In this document: piece by piece, positions 30,591 to 45,012 of the stretch
Layout of the letters: each line of letters starts with the position of its first letter
Position numbering within the stretch: position 1 is the stretch's first letter
DNA from: Octopus vulgaris
Taxonomy: Eukaryota
Reading direction: 5' to 3'
Assembly: GCA_951406725.2 (NCBI GenBank)
Contig: OX597815.1
Coordinates: 35,608,001 to 35,732,000, forward strand
DNA length: 124,000 bases
Position numbers and translations under genes: made by a program
Notes under the pieces: generated by a model
The model's input: only the letters and a program-made list of their open reading frames with translations
Database searches by the model: none
Told to the model about the DNA's origin: nothing

Positions 30591-31904
30591 CACATGCATA
30601 CATACATACATATGTTAGCAACCGGGTTGAACATACATACACACACATATGCATACACCTACATACGTATATACGTACGTACGTACGTATGTATGTATGT
30701 ATGTATGTATGTATGTATGTATCTACGTATATACGTACGTACGTACGTACGTATGTATTGTCTGTCTGTCTGTCTGTATGTATGTATGTATGTATGTTAG
30801 CAACTGGTTTGAACCCTCTCAAGAACTTCAATTAAACTGAAAAATCATACTACGCATATACATGCAAACATGCATGCCTACACGATGGCTGTCTACCATC
30901 CGTGTCAATCTCGTTTACAACTCATGAACCGTAAAGTATTGCTTCAAGTCCGCTAGCGAGTGTTAGTCTTTATTGCATACCGCGCATACCGATCAGTAGC
31001 ATTTATATGAAAAACTGCTTGGTTACCCACAATTCAATCGAATCATACCCGTTCTTCGAGTAGACAACTGAAGCTTGATCAAAATTATTTTACAGGCTCC
31101 TTACGCGTGGGTTGGGTTTTACCTGCTTACTTCTAATTGGTAAACTTATACACGTCACCAAATATCTAACCGTCAATAGACTTTCAAATATTTATATCAA
31201 TGGAAATCGCCTGACAATGTAACGTTAACAAAAGATAACTGTATGGGAACTTTTTATAATGAACTGAGATTGCACTTCACATAATTTACTTTTTTAATTT
31301 TCGGCGGAATAAAAGATTAGGTTTTATATCACACAGTAATTCAACTTTTAATCCTCTCCAAACAAAGAGACCCAGCAGGCGTTTGAATTCAGAATTCTCC
31401 CGCTTTCAAATACTTCCCACAACCACCACTACTACCACCACCACCAAAAGCAAAGAGCTCTATTTACTCCTCTGATAGATACATTTATTCTTGGAGTGCA
31501 AACATAAACAATTGTTGTTGTTTTTTTATCGAACGAGCCTAAATACATATTTCGTTATTACCCACAAGGGGCTAAACATAGAGGGGACAAACAAGGACAG
31601 ACATAGGTATTAAGTCGATTACATCGACCCCAGTGCGTAACTGGTACTTAATTTATCGACCCCGAAAGGATGAAAGGCAAAGTCGACCTCGGCGGAATTT
31701 GAACTCACAACGTAACGTCAAACGAAGTACCGCAAAGCATTTCGCCCGGCGTGCTAACGCTTCTGCCAGCTCGCCGCCTAAATACAGTTGAAGGAAAGGT
31801 TGGGTATGTAATACAGATTCAACCAGAGCTAGCTGAAGGCATTGGCAACTTAGGCAGTCTCCTAGGGCCATGCGTGCTAGGGGACTCTAAATCATATTCT
31901 TTTC

Positions 31905-32270
31905 TTTTCTTTATTTCTTTTATTTGTTTCAGTCATTTTACTGTGGCCATGCTGGAGCACCGCCTTTAGTCGAGCAAATCGACCCCAGGACTTATTCTTC
32001 GTAAGTCTAGTACTTATTCTATCACTCTCTCTTGCCGAACCGCTAAGTGACGGGGACGTAAACACACCAGCGTCGTTTGTCAAGCGAAGTCGGGGGGACA
32101 AACACAGACACACAAACTTATACACACACACACACACACACATACGACGGGCTTCTTTCAGTTTTCGTCTACCAAATCCGCTCACAAGGCTTTGGTCAGC
32201 CCGAGGTTATAGTAGAAGACACTTGCCCAAGGTGCCACGCAGTGGGACTGAACCCAGAACCATGTGGTTG
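31905..32270 (-). mobile_element. SINE family B (CORE-like, internal CA/TA microsatellite)
   Basis: tRNA-like head plus ccttgggcaagtg CORE-like motif. Further copies at about 1620-1990, 36595-37025, 47030-47447, 76430-76900, 87700-88145, 90380-90830, 95290-95740, 114010-114485, 120445-120850 (-) and 51128-51535, 53688-54190 (+). Confidence 0.85.
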
Positions 32271-32433
32271 GAAGAGAAAAGAGTTACATGTGTTGTAATT
32301 GACATGTATCCGAGGATAGTGGAAATAATGGTTTCTAACATTGATACAAAATCTTATTTTTGAGGTGGTGGGAAGGAAACGTAGTTATTAAATTGATCCC
32401 AGTATTTGGTTCATACTAATTTTGTCTTTCCAG

Positions 32434-32598
32434 GAAGAATGCAATGCAAAGTTGATCAAAGCGAGGAAAAGACAAAGTATGGTTTTCCACAATAGACATC
32501 CGCCACACAGGTGGTGGCACACAAACCACCATACAATGACCCCCAAGAACTATGCCAATTGGGCGCAAACTCCTTGTAGAGCTTCCTATGCTGGATAG
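32434..32598 (+). CDS. Candidate terminal coding exon, in frame with 29095-29354
   Basis: tactaat branch point, ttttgtctttccag acceptor, phase-0 frame EECNAKLIKARKRQSMV...ASYAG ending in TAG at 32596-32598. Confidence 0.45.
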   Translation, partial: EECNAKLIKARKRQSMVFHNRHPPHRWWHTNHHTMTPKNYANWAQTPCRASYAG

Positions 32599-33778
32599 GT
32601 TAAAGGATGGGGGCCAAACTAATATTGGTTTCAAATTTTTAGTACAATGCCAGAAAGTTCGGGAGAAGGGTTAAGTCGATTACATCGATCTCAGTGCTCA
32701 ACTGGTGCTTATTTTATAGACCCCGAAAGTATTAGAGGCAAAGATGGCCTCAGCAAAACAAAGAAACCAGAACGTAAAGACGGATGAAATGCCGCTAAGC
32801 ATTTTGCCCGGCGTGCTAACGATTCTACCAGCTCACTGTCTTACGCCAAACTTATATTGACCACCAAATGGATTTGCTTAAGGCCAACAACACTAACTAG
32901 AAAAAAAAAAAGCAAAGTTACAGAAGTATCGATGTTAGCTCAAAACCAAACTACAGAAAAACCGTCGATGGCCTATGCTTCATAGGAAGCGAATGACTTA
33001 AGTTAAATATGTAACGATAAATATGAATACGATCACAAATTTTGGGGAAGCGAACGGTCGATTAAATCAACCTCAGTAACTGATACAAACTTAAGGCTGG
33101 CGGGATTTAAATTCAAAAAATGTAAAAGGACGTAGCTAAATACCGCCCGATATTCTATCCGATGCTCTAGTATAAAGAGATTTGAACGCATCAGTACAAA
33201 TTAAGAACATTTACGTTTATATCTGCACTTACTTGTTTAGTAACCTCGCCTCCCGTTCAGCTCTACTCATCACACCTAATAAACTGAAAAGCGTTTCAAG
33301 CGTGACTATCCCATCTTTCACTCAAACGTAGTGTATCTAGAATTACATTACGTAATGTGTTCTTCCTACTTAAAGACGGTGGTTGTATGATTAGACGGTA
33401 ATTGGACTGCCAGTGGAGCAGATACGTAAAGACTCCCGCGAGCATCATGTTTGCCAGAAAATTACTACGATAGAGGAAATCTGAACTGACATAAATCTTA
33501 AATAAACATACACTGTATAGAGGTGCCTGTGTGTACTGCGTGTTGAGGCATGTCCACGGTTCTTTATAACGAATATATATTATACTGTTCCCAATAAAGG
33601 TAGATATAAATATATATGTTCAATGGACAGCTAGGTCGGTAAATTAAGAATCATTTCAAACGGTTTATATGTATTAACACGTCATTCGGTTATTCGAGCT
33701 CTGTGAGTCAGTAATATTTTATCACCAACACACACGTACTTACACACGCGCACACGGAAGTATACGTTACAGTGGGTG

Positions 33779-33856
<78 letters not shown>

Positions 33857-34127
33857 GTGTGTGTGTGTGAAAACCTAATTAAAAATTATCTAATTAAAAC
33901 TTAAAACTTAGAGAACAAATTCACCTAAACCGGAAAGAAATATGTTAATTTAGGTTAGAAAACACTTTACGAAGATATATGAGTAAGTTTTAATTTTTAT
34001 AACACTGTGGCTGTATAGAACTTAATCAGAATTTCCGCTAGGTATGTTCTGTTAGTATTGACAAACCACTCATACAGGAAGCCGACTAGATAATGATAAT
34101 CTACGTCAATCTCTAACTGTACACACA

Positions 34128-34200
<73 letters not shown>

Positions 34201-34529
34201 CGCACGTGTGTGTAGGTAATTATTCAGTTTTATTTCAAGGTTTCTTGCCAATAAAGAGCCGCCCTCTAACCTAAATCCAAGGCTCTTTCGTTGGAATTTC
34301 AACAACAACGAGGTACTTTAGTGTCTGTATATGCAGTATTTTGAATCGTATGTATGTATATATGCATACATGCATACAAACACTCGCATACTAATACAGT
34401 GAACCCACGTTAAACCGTACTAATAGGGTGGATGATAATATTTTTTAGCTGATTCTCTGATTAAACCAAAACTATTGGGATAATAATTTAATTGGGTGTC
34501 TTTCAGTCAGGAAGAAAATTTAGTACCCA

Positions 34530-34928
34530 CTAGCAGTATCGCCCGGCGTTGCTCGGGTTTGTAAGAGAAATAACTATATAAGCATTTTTAGAGAGTTATA
34601 GCCAAAAAATAGCAAAAAAATGCATTAAAAATGGAAAAAAATTAAGGTAAATTTTTGTTATAAATCGTTGACACATCGTAGATATTTTTAGAGAGTTACT
34701 TCCCTTATATAATAGCGAAAAAAAATGCATTAAAATGGAAAAATATGATGGTAAATTTTTTTTAAATCGTAGACTCATCGTAGACGCGCGCTAATACCCA
34801 GAAGGGCTCGATATGACTCACGACTTTAAGATACCCGCTTTTGGTTAAACTGCACCGCAAAATGTGGGAGTAGTTACGAATCTAAATCGTAGGAGACAGA
34901 CACACAACTTCACTTTTATATATAAAGA
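34530..34928 (-). mobile_element. Non-autonomous Helitron
   Basis: 5' TC, 3' hairpin (ccgagcaacgccgg) plus CTAG, inserted between A and T; homologous to 67795-68307. Confidence 0.85.
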
Positions 34929-35036
34929 TATAAGCCACGTAGTTATATACACATACTTTGTTATATACACATTCTTAAAAGAAAATGTTATTTTGAACAC
35001 AACATTTATAAAGAATAAAATATTTTTTGGTTTTTC

Positions 35037-35700
35037 TTAACCCTTTCGTTACTATATTTCTGACCAAAATACACCCCTTATGTGTTTCAATTAATTTCTA
35101 ACGTAATCATAAATTCAGTCTGGTTTCATTAAACATTTATAACTTTTTTATTTATCAATGTATTAACGTGAATTTTGGAAGATAATTTAATGAAATGTTC
35201 TCAACCAATTCTATACTATAATTTTTGTCACAAAGTGACTCTAATTGCAGGTAGATACAGGTAAATTCAACAAAATATAAAATTATTAAAATTTTGTTCA
35301 AACATCGCTATAGAAAATGGGTTATTAGCTAATATTCAATTGGGTATACAACAAAATTTTACGATAGAATTTGTTATTCTGGGTAACTTTCTGATACCCA
35401 TAATAATATTTATGGCAAAATAGGCCTTAATTTCATTTAATGTTGTGGGAAATAACAAACTATCCTTTCTTTCGCTTTGTTTACGTTTAGCGTAACGGTT
35501 CGTTTCCGCCATAATGATTTCAAATGGGCTCATTCGAAAAAGTAAAAAGAAATAGTCGAAGGCTTTACTCTTCTGGGAAAGTCTGTGGCTTGGTCCAGTT
35601 TCTTCAGAAAAATCACCGAAAGAAACAGTTTTTAAATTTTCACTCCATTCAGGTGCCAATTCATTTTCTTTATCGCTGTCGGAGCTCTCGGATTCACTGT
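35037..35700 (-). mobile_element. piggyBac transposon fragment
   Basis: TTAA+CCCTTT terminus at 35037; ETNRYA...TTLNEIKAYFAINIIMGIRKLP piggyBac-type transposase segment. Confidence 0.8.
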
Positions 35701-36130
35701 TTTCACTTTAATCGTTGCACACTTGCAAAGAGACAGGAGGAGATATTAGGGTGATAGCATCAGTGAAGCAGATCGCTCCCTTTTTGTGTGTGTGTGTGTG
35801 CGTGTGCTATAGCCCACACTAAGAAAAGCACTTGACTAACACACCAGAATGTGAGTTTTCTCTAAATTTTGCTTAATTGGGGTTGAAATTTTAAAAACTG
35901 GACCTGGCACGACCCGATTTATTCTACTCTTAAAAATGCTAGGTAAATTGTAATTGAAGAAATCCTATATTGTAGATTTCTATAAGAGACAAAGGGAGGC
36001 AGATAAAATCTGCCTTTTATAATAACAGATGACTCTACATGGCCGGCGAGACCCCGACTTTCCGCCGCCGCCCAGCCCGCCCCAACCAGGCCTTTCGCGA
36101 TACCCTTAAAGTCGTGAACGTTCAGCACCT

Positions 36131-36209
<79 letters not shown>

Positions 36210-36824
36210 TGTGTGTATTCTTTTACTTTTATTTTTTTACTTGTTTCAGTCATTTGACTGCGGCCATGCTGTAGCACAACCAACTGGGCCTCTGCAACTA
36301 CTAATAGTAAGGAGGAGGCAGAGAGGCAGAGAGGAAAATATTCTCAAGCTGAGAAGGTGACCTGAATAATTGCAATCGTGGATTGTGTAAAGACATACAA
36401 GATTCCAGGAGTGGTTTTTAACTGGGAGACAAATTACGTATAACCACCCATGTGTCAATATCATCACCTGCAGGTTTTACAAGGTTCAGATGATTAGGAC
36501 GAAGTTGAAGAATGAATCGGACCTTTGCGATGTTTCTGCTCGTTGGTGCCAATCCTGGGTAATGTGGTACTTTTAAGGTTCTGAGATACTCTTTACTCAT
36601 TTACTCTTTTACCTGTTTCAGTCATTTGACTGTGGCCATGCTGGAGCACCGCCTTTAGTCGAGCAAATCGACCCCAGGACTTATTCTTTGTAAACCTAGT
36701 ACTTATTCTATCGGTATCTTTTTGCCGAACCGCTAAGTTACAGGTACGTAAACACACCAGCGTCGGTTGTCAAGCGATGTTGGGGAGGGGGACAAACACA
36801 GACACACAAACATATACACACACA

Positions 36825-36866
<42 letters not shown>

Positions 36867-37650
36867 TACGAAGGGCTTCTTTCAGTTTCCATCTACCAAA
36901 TCCACTCACAAGGCTTTGGTCGGCCCGAGGCTATAGTAGAAGACACTTGCCCAAGGTGCCACGCAGTGGGACTGAACCCAGAACCATCTGGTTTGGTAAG
37001 CAAGCTACTTACCACACAGCCACTCTTGGAACATCTGAAGTTTCCACTAAGATATTGTTAACCAAGGGATTCTCGTTTGACAGAAAGGGTGGTGAGATTG
37101 ACGACATCGATATCCAGCGTGAATACTTATTGGTTAATACCTATTTCTTTATTACCCACAAGGGGCTAAACACAGAGGGGACAAACAAGGACAGACATAG
37201 GTATTGAGTCGATAAAATCGACCCCAGTGCGTAACTGGTACTTAATTTATTGAACCCGAAAGGATGAAAGGCAAAGTCGACCTCGGCAGAATTTGAACTC
37301 ACAACGTAACGACAGACGAAATACGGCTACGCTAAGCATTTCGCCCGACGTGCTAACGTTTCTCGGCAAAAAATAAATACATGGTGAAGGATTCGTGGTC
37401 TTGTTCGAATACATGCCATAGAATGAACTCCATTGTATACATCTAAAAACCGATTAGCGGTGGTAAACCAGGTGGCATATTGGGATATTCATTGACATAA
37501 CACTGGGTTGCCTCTCGCACATACACTTCACCATCTGATGATAGATGTTTTATCATATATATATTTTGGGAACAATGGCATCATCGATTATATATTTTCT
37601 CTGGTTCACTTACATTTCGGAGAATAAGAGTGAGATGGGAATGTATGTTT

Positions 37651-38297
37651 CGACTCTAGGTCAACACAAATCGAGAAGACTCTATGGCAACACTAATCGA
37701 GAAGACTCTATGGCAATACTAATCGAGAAGACTCTAGGGCAACACTAATCGAGAAGACTCTATGGCAACACTAATCGAGAAGACTCTAGGGCAACACTAA
37801 TAGAGGACACTCTAGGGCAACACTAATCGAAAATACTCTAGGGCAACACTAATAGAGAAAACTCTTGGGCAACACTAATCGAGAAGACTCTAGGGCAACA
37901 CTAACAGAGAAGACTCGAGGGCAACACTAATCGAGAAGACTCTAGGCCAACACTAATCGAGAAGACTCCAGGGCAACACTAATCGAGAAGACTCTATGGC
38001 AACACTAATCGAGAAGACTCTAGGGCAACACTAATAGAGGAGACTCTAGGGCAACACTAATCGAAAAGACTCTAGGGCAACACTAATCGAAAATACTCTA
38101 GGGCAACACTAATAGAGAAGACTCTAGGGCAACACTAATCGAAAAGACTCTAGGGCAACACTAATCGAGAAGACTCTAGGGCCACACTAATCGAGAAGAC
38201 TCCAGGGCATCACTAATCGAGAAGACTCTAGGGCAACACTAATCGAAAAGACTCTTGGGCAACACTAATCGAGAAGACTCCAGGGTAACACTAATCA
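37651..38297. repeat. 26-bp minisatellite, ~25 copies (GGCAACACTAATCGAGAAGACTCTAG)
   Basis: Contiguous tandem units with point variants and no spacers. Confidence 0.95.
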
Positions 38298-39014
38298 AAG
38301 GTTTTCTAATCATGACTACTCCGGTTTTTAATTATTTATTTATTTATTTATTTATTGTTGTCTTTACAGTCGTATCTAAGACTACATGAATAATGTCCGA
38401 ATCTTATTTAAAGTTGGGATTTGAAGGAGATTTGGCTACTATTTCTAATAGATCGAACAACCACCTTAGAGGCTTCCTCGTTGGCTCTGGTGAATAATAC
38501 TTGCGTGGTGCTCTCCCAGCATGTGATAGGAAGGCTGGTATTGAGAGTAGGGTTAGCGGGGGCTGCGAGTGCATTGCTTGCACCTGGAGCATTGACGCGG
38601 AATTGGTAATGCAGATTGACTACTCAGAGCATCCTGATTAAGTTTAAAAATACACTCATACGGAGAAAAGATGACGAGGAGGAAGAAGCGAAAGAAGGGA
38701 ATAAGGAGGAGAACAACAAAGAGGAATAGGAGGGTAGTGCTGATATATTTCGCTCACCAATTTTGGTATACATTTCACCATCGAATAATGGATGTTTTAT
38801 CATATATATATTTTTGGAACTATGGCATCATTGATTAGATATTTCCTCTGGTTCACTGACATTTCGGAGAATAAGAGTGATATGGGAGTGTGTGTGGATT
38901 GACCCAACAATTTACTGAAATTTCAATGATGATGATAAAGATGATGAAGATAATAATGGTGACGGCGACGTCGCCGGCGACGATGACGATTATAATGATG
39001 ATGATAGCGTGGAG

Positions 39015-39495
39015 GGCGGAGAGCTGGCAGAAACGTTAGCACGCCGGGCGAAATGCGTAGTCGTATTTCGTCTGTCGTTACGTTGTGAGTTCAAATTCCG
39101 CCGAGGTCGACTTTGCCTTTCATCCTTTCGGGGTCGATAAATTAAGTACCAGTTACGCACTGGGGTCGATGTAATTGACTTAATACCTATGTCTGTCTTT
39201 GTTTGTCCCCTCTATGTTTAGCCCCTTGTGGGTAATAAAGAAACATATAATGATGATGATAGCGTGGAGGGCGGCGAGCTGGCAGAAACATTAGCAGGCC
39301 AGGCGAAATGCGTAGCCGTATTTCGTCTGTCGTTACGTTGTGAGTTCAAATTCCGCCGAGGTCGACTTTGCCTTTCATTCTTTCGGCGTCGATAAATTAA
39401 GCACCAGTTACGCACTGGGGTCGATGTAATTGACTTAATACCTATGTCTGTCTTTGTTTGTCCCCTCTATGTTTAGCCCCTTGTGGGTAATAAGG
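39015..39495 (+). mobile_element. Tandem pair of SINE family A
   Basis: Two full copies, each preceded by gatgatgatagcgtggag. Confidence 0.9.
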
Positions 39496-40010
39496 AAAGA
39501 AAAAATGGTGGTGACAATGATGATTATCTTGACAACGACCGCAACTACGGCGACAACAACGACGTCACCAAAGACTGCGAGGACGACGATGATATATTTC
39601 TTGTACGTTTAACGATGGTAATAACCATGACCCGACGACGACGACGACGACGATGGTGAGGATTATTAGCGTTTAACATGACAGGAATAGTAGCAGTAGT
39701 TAGTTTCAGCAAGTGAAAAAGAAAACAAGTGTATGACCTACTCACAACATCCTAATACGTCACACATTAGTTAGTGTATGCGCGCGCTTGTATGTACGGG
39801 ATCTTTTACTCGTTTTAGTCAACGGACTAACGTCCATGCTGGGGCATTGCCATAAAGGATTTTAGTCGAAGAAATCGCCCCCAATTTTTTCTTTTGGAAG
39901 GGCGGGGTTGTCTTTTTAAAGTTTGCTATTATATATCGGCCTCTTTAGGCTAAGTTACAAGGACACCCGATGGCAAACCGTGGTGGATAACAAACACAAA
40001 GACACAGGCA

Positions 40011-40087
<77 letters not shown>

Positions 40088-40088
<1 letters not shown>

Positions 40089-40301
40089 AGAGGTGGGGGC
40101 GAAAAGTTCCTGGCTTTGGGTAAAAGAAAATGCAGGATAATCAGTTAATTATGATTTTATTCAACACGTTCCCCACTCAGATACACACACTTATTGCAGC
40201 GGTCCTTCTGATCCTTTTAAGCCCTGAAAAAGAACTCAGAAGGCTGGACCTCCAGCCAGGCCTTTCGCGACACCCTTAAAGTCGGGAACTTTTCAGCCCC
40301 T

Positions 40302-40306
<5 letters not shown>
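40088..40306. mobile_element. mariner-type MITE (partial copy at 36035-36135)
   Basis: Imperfect TIRs gaggtgggggcgaaaagttcc / gggaacttttcagcccctcctcg. Confidence 0.6.
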
Positions 40307-40364
<58 letters not shown>

Positions 40365-40589
40365 CATGTGTGTGTATTCTTTTACTTTTATTCTGTTACT
40401 TGTTTCAGTCATTTGACTGCGGCCATGCTGTAGCATCATCTTTAGTGGAACGAATCGACCCCAGGACTTATTCTTTGAAAGCCTAGTACTTATTCTATCG
40501 ATCTCTTTTGCCGAACCGTTAAGTTGCATGAACGTAAACACACCAATATCGGTTGTCAAGCGATGGTTGGGACAAACACAGACACACAA

Positions 40590-40679
<90 letters not shown>

Positions 40680-41198
40680 GTGGGGTCATAGGGTTGTGAG
40701 GGTTGTAATATAATATTTATGGCCATACCTAGTCATGAGCTGTCAACTCACTCTATTCTTTTATTTAAGATAGACACAGTCGTCTAGGCTCAGATTTATT
40801 AGCTGATAAAGAGATATATGAATTAGAAATGAATTACAACCCTTACAATCCAATGGCTCCACTATACTCCATGTGATTCCTATAAGTTGTAGTCTATTCC
40901 TAGCTACAACAACAACAACATGAATTTCCTCCATCTTTTTACTCTGTTAAATTATTTAAGAAAAATTATATTAATGTGTCCTACTTGATAAAATTCCACT
41001 TATTTGGGCAACTGAAGATAGCACTGCATTTAAACTGATGTAATGAATGCATTGTTCAATTAAATGGAGACGCTAGAAACGGTCGTACTGCATTTGATAT
41101 TCTGTTGCTTATTTTGATTTTACTCACCTTACTTCGAGGTATGCGGATAATACCGGACTGACTTAGTGCTTTAACTTAAGTATCTAATTCAACTAAAT

Positions 41199-41263
<65 letters not shown>

Positions 41264-41707
41264 CAAAAGATGGGGTGTATTTCCACGCAGGAAAAAATAA
41301 AGGCAAATTTGTTGTTGAAAATGCACCTAAATTTGAAAAACTTGTAATTGCTTGAAATAAATTTATTTACATATATACCAAATAAGTTTCAACAATACGT
41401 TTTGTTTATCAATGGTAAAAGTTTTAAATTATGAATCAGAAAAACAGCATTAAAAGTTTCAATGTTGACAAATTAAAATGTTCGTAACAGACAAATTTAG
41501 AACATTGAATTAGGAAAACATGTTCAGAAATTTCGATGTCGACAAGTCTAAATGTTCATAACAGTCAATAATATTAGACCTGTGCATCAATTTATTTGAA
41601 TGTACAAAGCTCATTAGTGTTAGTAGTAATCGACAAGAAATGAATATCATAAAACTTTTAATCATACTGAGTTAAGAGGGAAAAAGACAAGGGAAAAAAT
41701 GGAGATA

Positions 41708-42120
41708 GGCGCAGGAGTGGCTGTGTGGTAAGTAGCTTGCTAACCAACCACATGGTTCCGGGTTCAGTCCCACTGCGTGGCACCTTGGGCAAGTGTCTTC
41801 TGCTATAGCCCCGGGCCGACCAATGCCTTGTGAGTGGATTTGGTAGACGGAAACTGAAAGAAGCCTGTCGTATATATGTATATATATATATATGCATGTG
41901 TGTGTGTGTTTGTGTGTCTATGTTTGTCCCCCTAGCATTGCTTGACAGCCGATGCTGGTGTGTTTACGTCCCCGTCACTTAGCGGTTCGGCAAAAGAGAC
42001 CGATAGAATAAGTACTGGGCTTACAAAGAATAAGTCCCGGGGTCGATTTGCTCGTCTAAAGGCGGTGCTCCAGCATGGCCGCAGTCAAATGACTGAAACA
42101 AGTAAAAGAGTAAAAGAGAT
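41708..42120 (+). mobile_element. Full-length SINE family B (also 89884-90295)
   Basis: ggcgcaggagtggctgtgtggt head through a gtaaaaga repeat tail. Confidence 0.9.
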
Positions 42121-42129
42121 AGTAAAAAA

Positions 42130-44010
42130 GGGGATTTGGTTTACTTTCTCTGATCCTCTTTTCGTCGTGCGTAGGAACTTTCGCTTGTAGCGATGTGCTT
42201 TGGAATCCGGTGTATTTATAATTTATTCCGCGAGCGGATCTGATTTTTTATTCATTAAAGTACAGGTGCGTCTTGTTTTTCTGGTTGTCAAGTTTGTCGT
42301 TCTGCCTGGTTGGCTTCCTTGTGGGGTACGGGCATCAGTCTTTCCGGTTGATTGATTCTCTTAAAGTGTCATTTTGTTGTATTTGCTGATGTTCGGTTTC
42401 GATTTGTCTAGAGTTAGGCGACGTCAGCAACTAGCGTTTGTAAAATTTCATTGGTCTAGACATAGGTGACGTCGGCAATTGGTGTTTGTATGGTGATTTG
42501 GAGTTGCAGTTTCGAAACCCGGGTGGAAGACTTTTACTAAAGTATTTAAAATTGTTTGTTGTTCCTAGTTATTATTTTTGTTTTTGTGGAGAAATTGAAC
42601 CTTTTTCCCTTTTTCTCTTTAGTGTTTTTTCTTCTTTCTAAAGCTGTGCTTTATATTTTTTAATGAACACACTTTCCTTATTTAAACGGAATTGGGTTGA
42701 TAGAGAGGGAAGATATGGTATTTCAGGTTTATATTTACAGGGCATTGGTCTAGATGTTTGCTTACGGGAATTAGTCTGTCCCTCAAGGTTAAACTAATTT
42801 GACCTATGTAGTCTCCACCACACTCTCCACATTTGGGAACATAGACTAAGTTCTTCAAAGCACAGGGGAAGTGATTTTTTAATGGTAAAACTTTGACCTG
42901 ACCTAAATTTGTATGTTGAGCCCTCTAAGAGGAAGATGCAAGTTCTGCAGTTAGGGCGGTTGCGTATTTGGCTAATGAGGTTGTATTTTTGGTGGGTAAT
43001 TTGGCGCTGGTGAATAACTTTTTTTAGGGATTGCGGTTGTCTTTTGCTTTTAATAATCCAGTATTTCCAGTGCCTTTTCTATTCGTGGGTCCTTCATATG
43101 GAGGGGTATATTTTGGTGGGTGATGTTTTATGCTTCCATGTTCCTCAGAGTGTGTGTTGATATGAAAGATAAAGTTTTCAGTGTGTCATGGTGCCTTCTT
43201 GTTTTCCGTAATTCTTGGTTGTCTATCATTTTTGCGCATTCTATTCCGTTTTTTATTAGATTGGCCGGGTATTTTCTATCTAGTAATGTGTTTTTAAGTT
43301 CTTGGAGTCGCTTTTCTCGGGTTTCAGGATATGATGCAATCGTGCAAATTCTTCCAGCTAAGTTAAACGATATATTTATTTTAGTATGTTTTGGGTGGCA
43401 GGAGGAGAATAGAAGATATTGTTTTGAGACCGATGGTTTGAAGAAGATGTCGGTTTCAATCTTAGTATCTCTCTTTATTATTAAGATGGCCGGGAAGGGT
43501 AGTTGTTGGTGGTTGTATTCCATAGTGAATTGGATACTGTGATCAATGCTGTTGATTAAGTTTTTAAATTCTGTGAGTTGTTCAATGTTATGCGGCCAAA
43601 GGATGAAACAGTCATCCAGATAGCGTTTCCAGTTGGTAAGTAGGTATTTTTGGAAATTTTCCCCAAATTTTAATCTTGCGTGTTCGTATATTTGGACTTC
43701 CAAGTATGCCATGACAAGGTTGGCAAAAGTAGGTGCTACTCTCGTTCCCATCACCGTGCCCGATTTTTGTCTATAAGGGTTTTCGTTGAAATTGAAGAAG
43801 TTGTTCTGTAGAATGAACCTTATTCCTTCAACGATGAATTCTTTTCCAATTTGGTCAGGAAAGTCATTTGAGAATTTTTCAAGTCAGTATTGCTTGGCTA
43901 TTATTCCGAATTCGTGAGGAATCGAGGTGTAGAGGTTTATTACATCGAATGAAACCAGAAGGGAGTCCTTGCTGGTTTTGCTCGGGAGATACTTTAAAAA
44001 GTCCAGATCA
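42130..44010 (-). mobile_element. Penelope-like retroelement (RT plus degenerate GIY-YIG region)
   Basis: MGTRVAPTFANLVM, WKRYLDDCF and SSCHPKHTKINI Penelope RT motifs; downstream C-x2-C linker. Confidence 0.9.
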
Positions 44011-44089
44011 TCTCTTATAAAGCTTCGTATATGTTGGAGAATAGGTTTAAGGTGAAGATGCATATATATATATATATATTATTATTATA

Positions 44090-44155
<66 letters not shown>

Positions 44156-44873
44156 TAATTGAACACCACGCATCCATTTCCAAGCAAGTTTATCTTCACC
44201 GTTTGATGCCATTCTACTCTATACTGTTTTCTCCCTCCATCTTTTCTAATTCCCTCTTTCTTCCCTCCCTCTTTCACCGTTTTCTATCTCTCTCTCTCTC
44301 TCTCTCTCTCCCTCTTTCTCTTTTTTCTGTCTCTCTCTCCTCTCTTTCTCTTTCTCTCTTTCTCTCTCTCTCTCTCTCTCGTTGGTCACACGTGACCATC
44401 GTCCATCTTTCTTTTCTTCACGTGGCCATCTTTCTTTTCAAGGAAAATATTTGTCCCGGCGTTCACTATTTTCCTCTCGTCCTAGTCCAACGATCCTCCA
44501 TGTTTGTTTTTGTTCGGTTTCCTTGTATGTCTCCACTGTCATGTTTTTGTTCTCAACTTTGACTCTCCGTAAATCCTAAATTTTATTTTAGAATTTATGG
44601 GAGCAACTGTCTTTGAAGTTGTCATATTATCGTTGAATGCTCGAAATGAGGATTAGATAGACAGCCGACAACTGATGAAGAGTTGTTTCTCTGTGCTTAC
44701 TTTCCTGTTTTCCATTTTTCCTCACGTTGTTTGCGTATTTAACTCGTTTGTTTATGTATTTCATGTTGCTTACACAGTTGGTGAAGTCCTGTACCCATAT
44801 ATGCATGTGTGTGTGTGTGTGTATAATTTATATTATTACTTAATTGAACGCCACGCATCCATTTCTAAGTAAG

Positions 44874-44982
<109 letters not shown>

Positions 44983-45012
44983 GTGTATGTATGTATGATT
45001 GTATGCATAAGT

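Noticed and set aside
37651-38297. CRISPR-like periodic array
   Set aside because: Units are contiguous with no unique spacers, the context is eukaryotic, and there are no cas genes; the same applies to the 49-bp array at 57042-58891.
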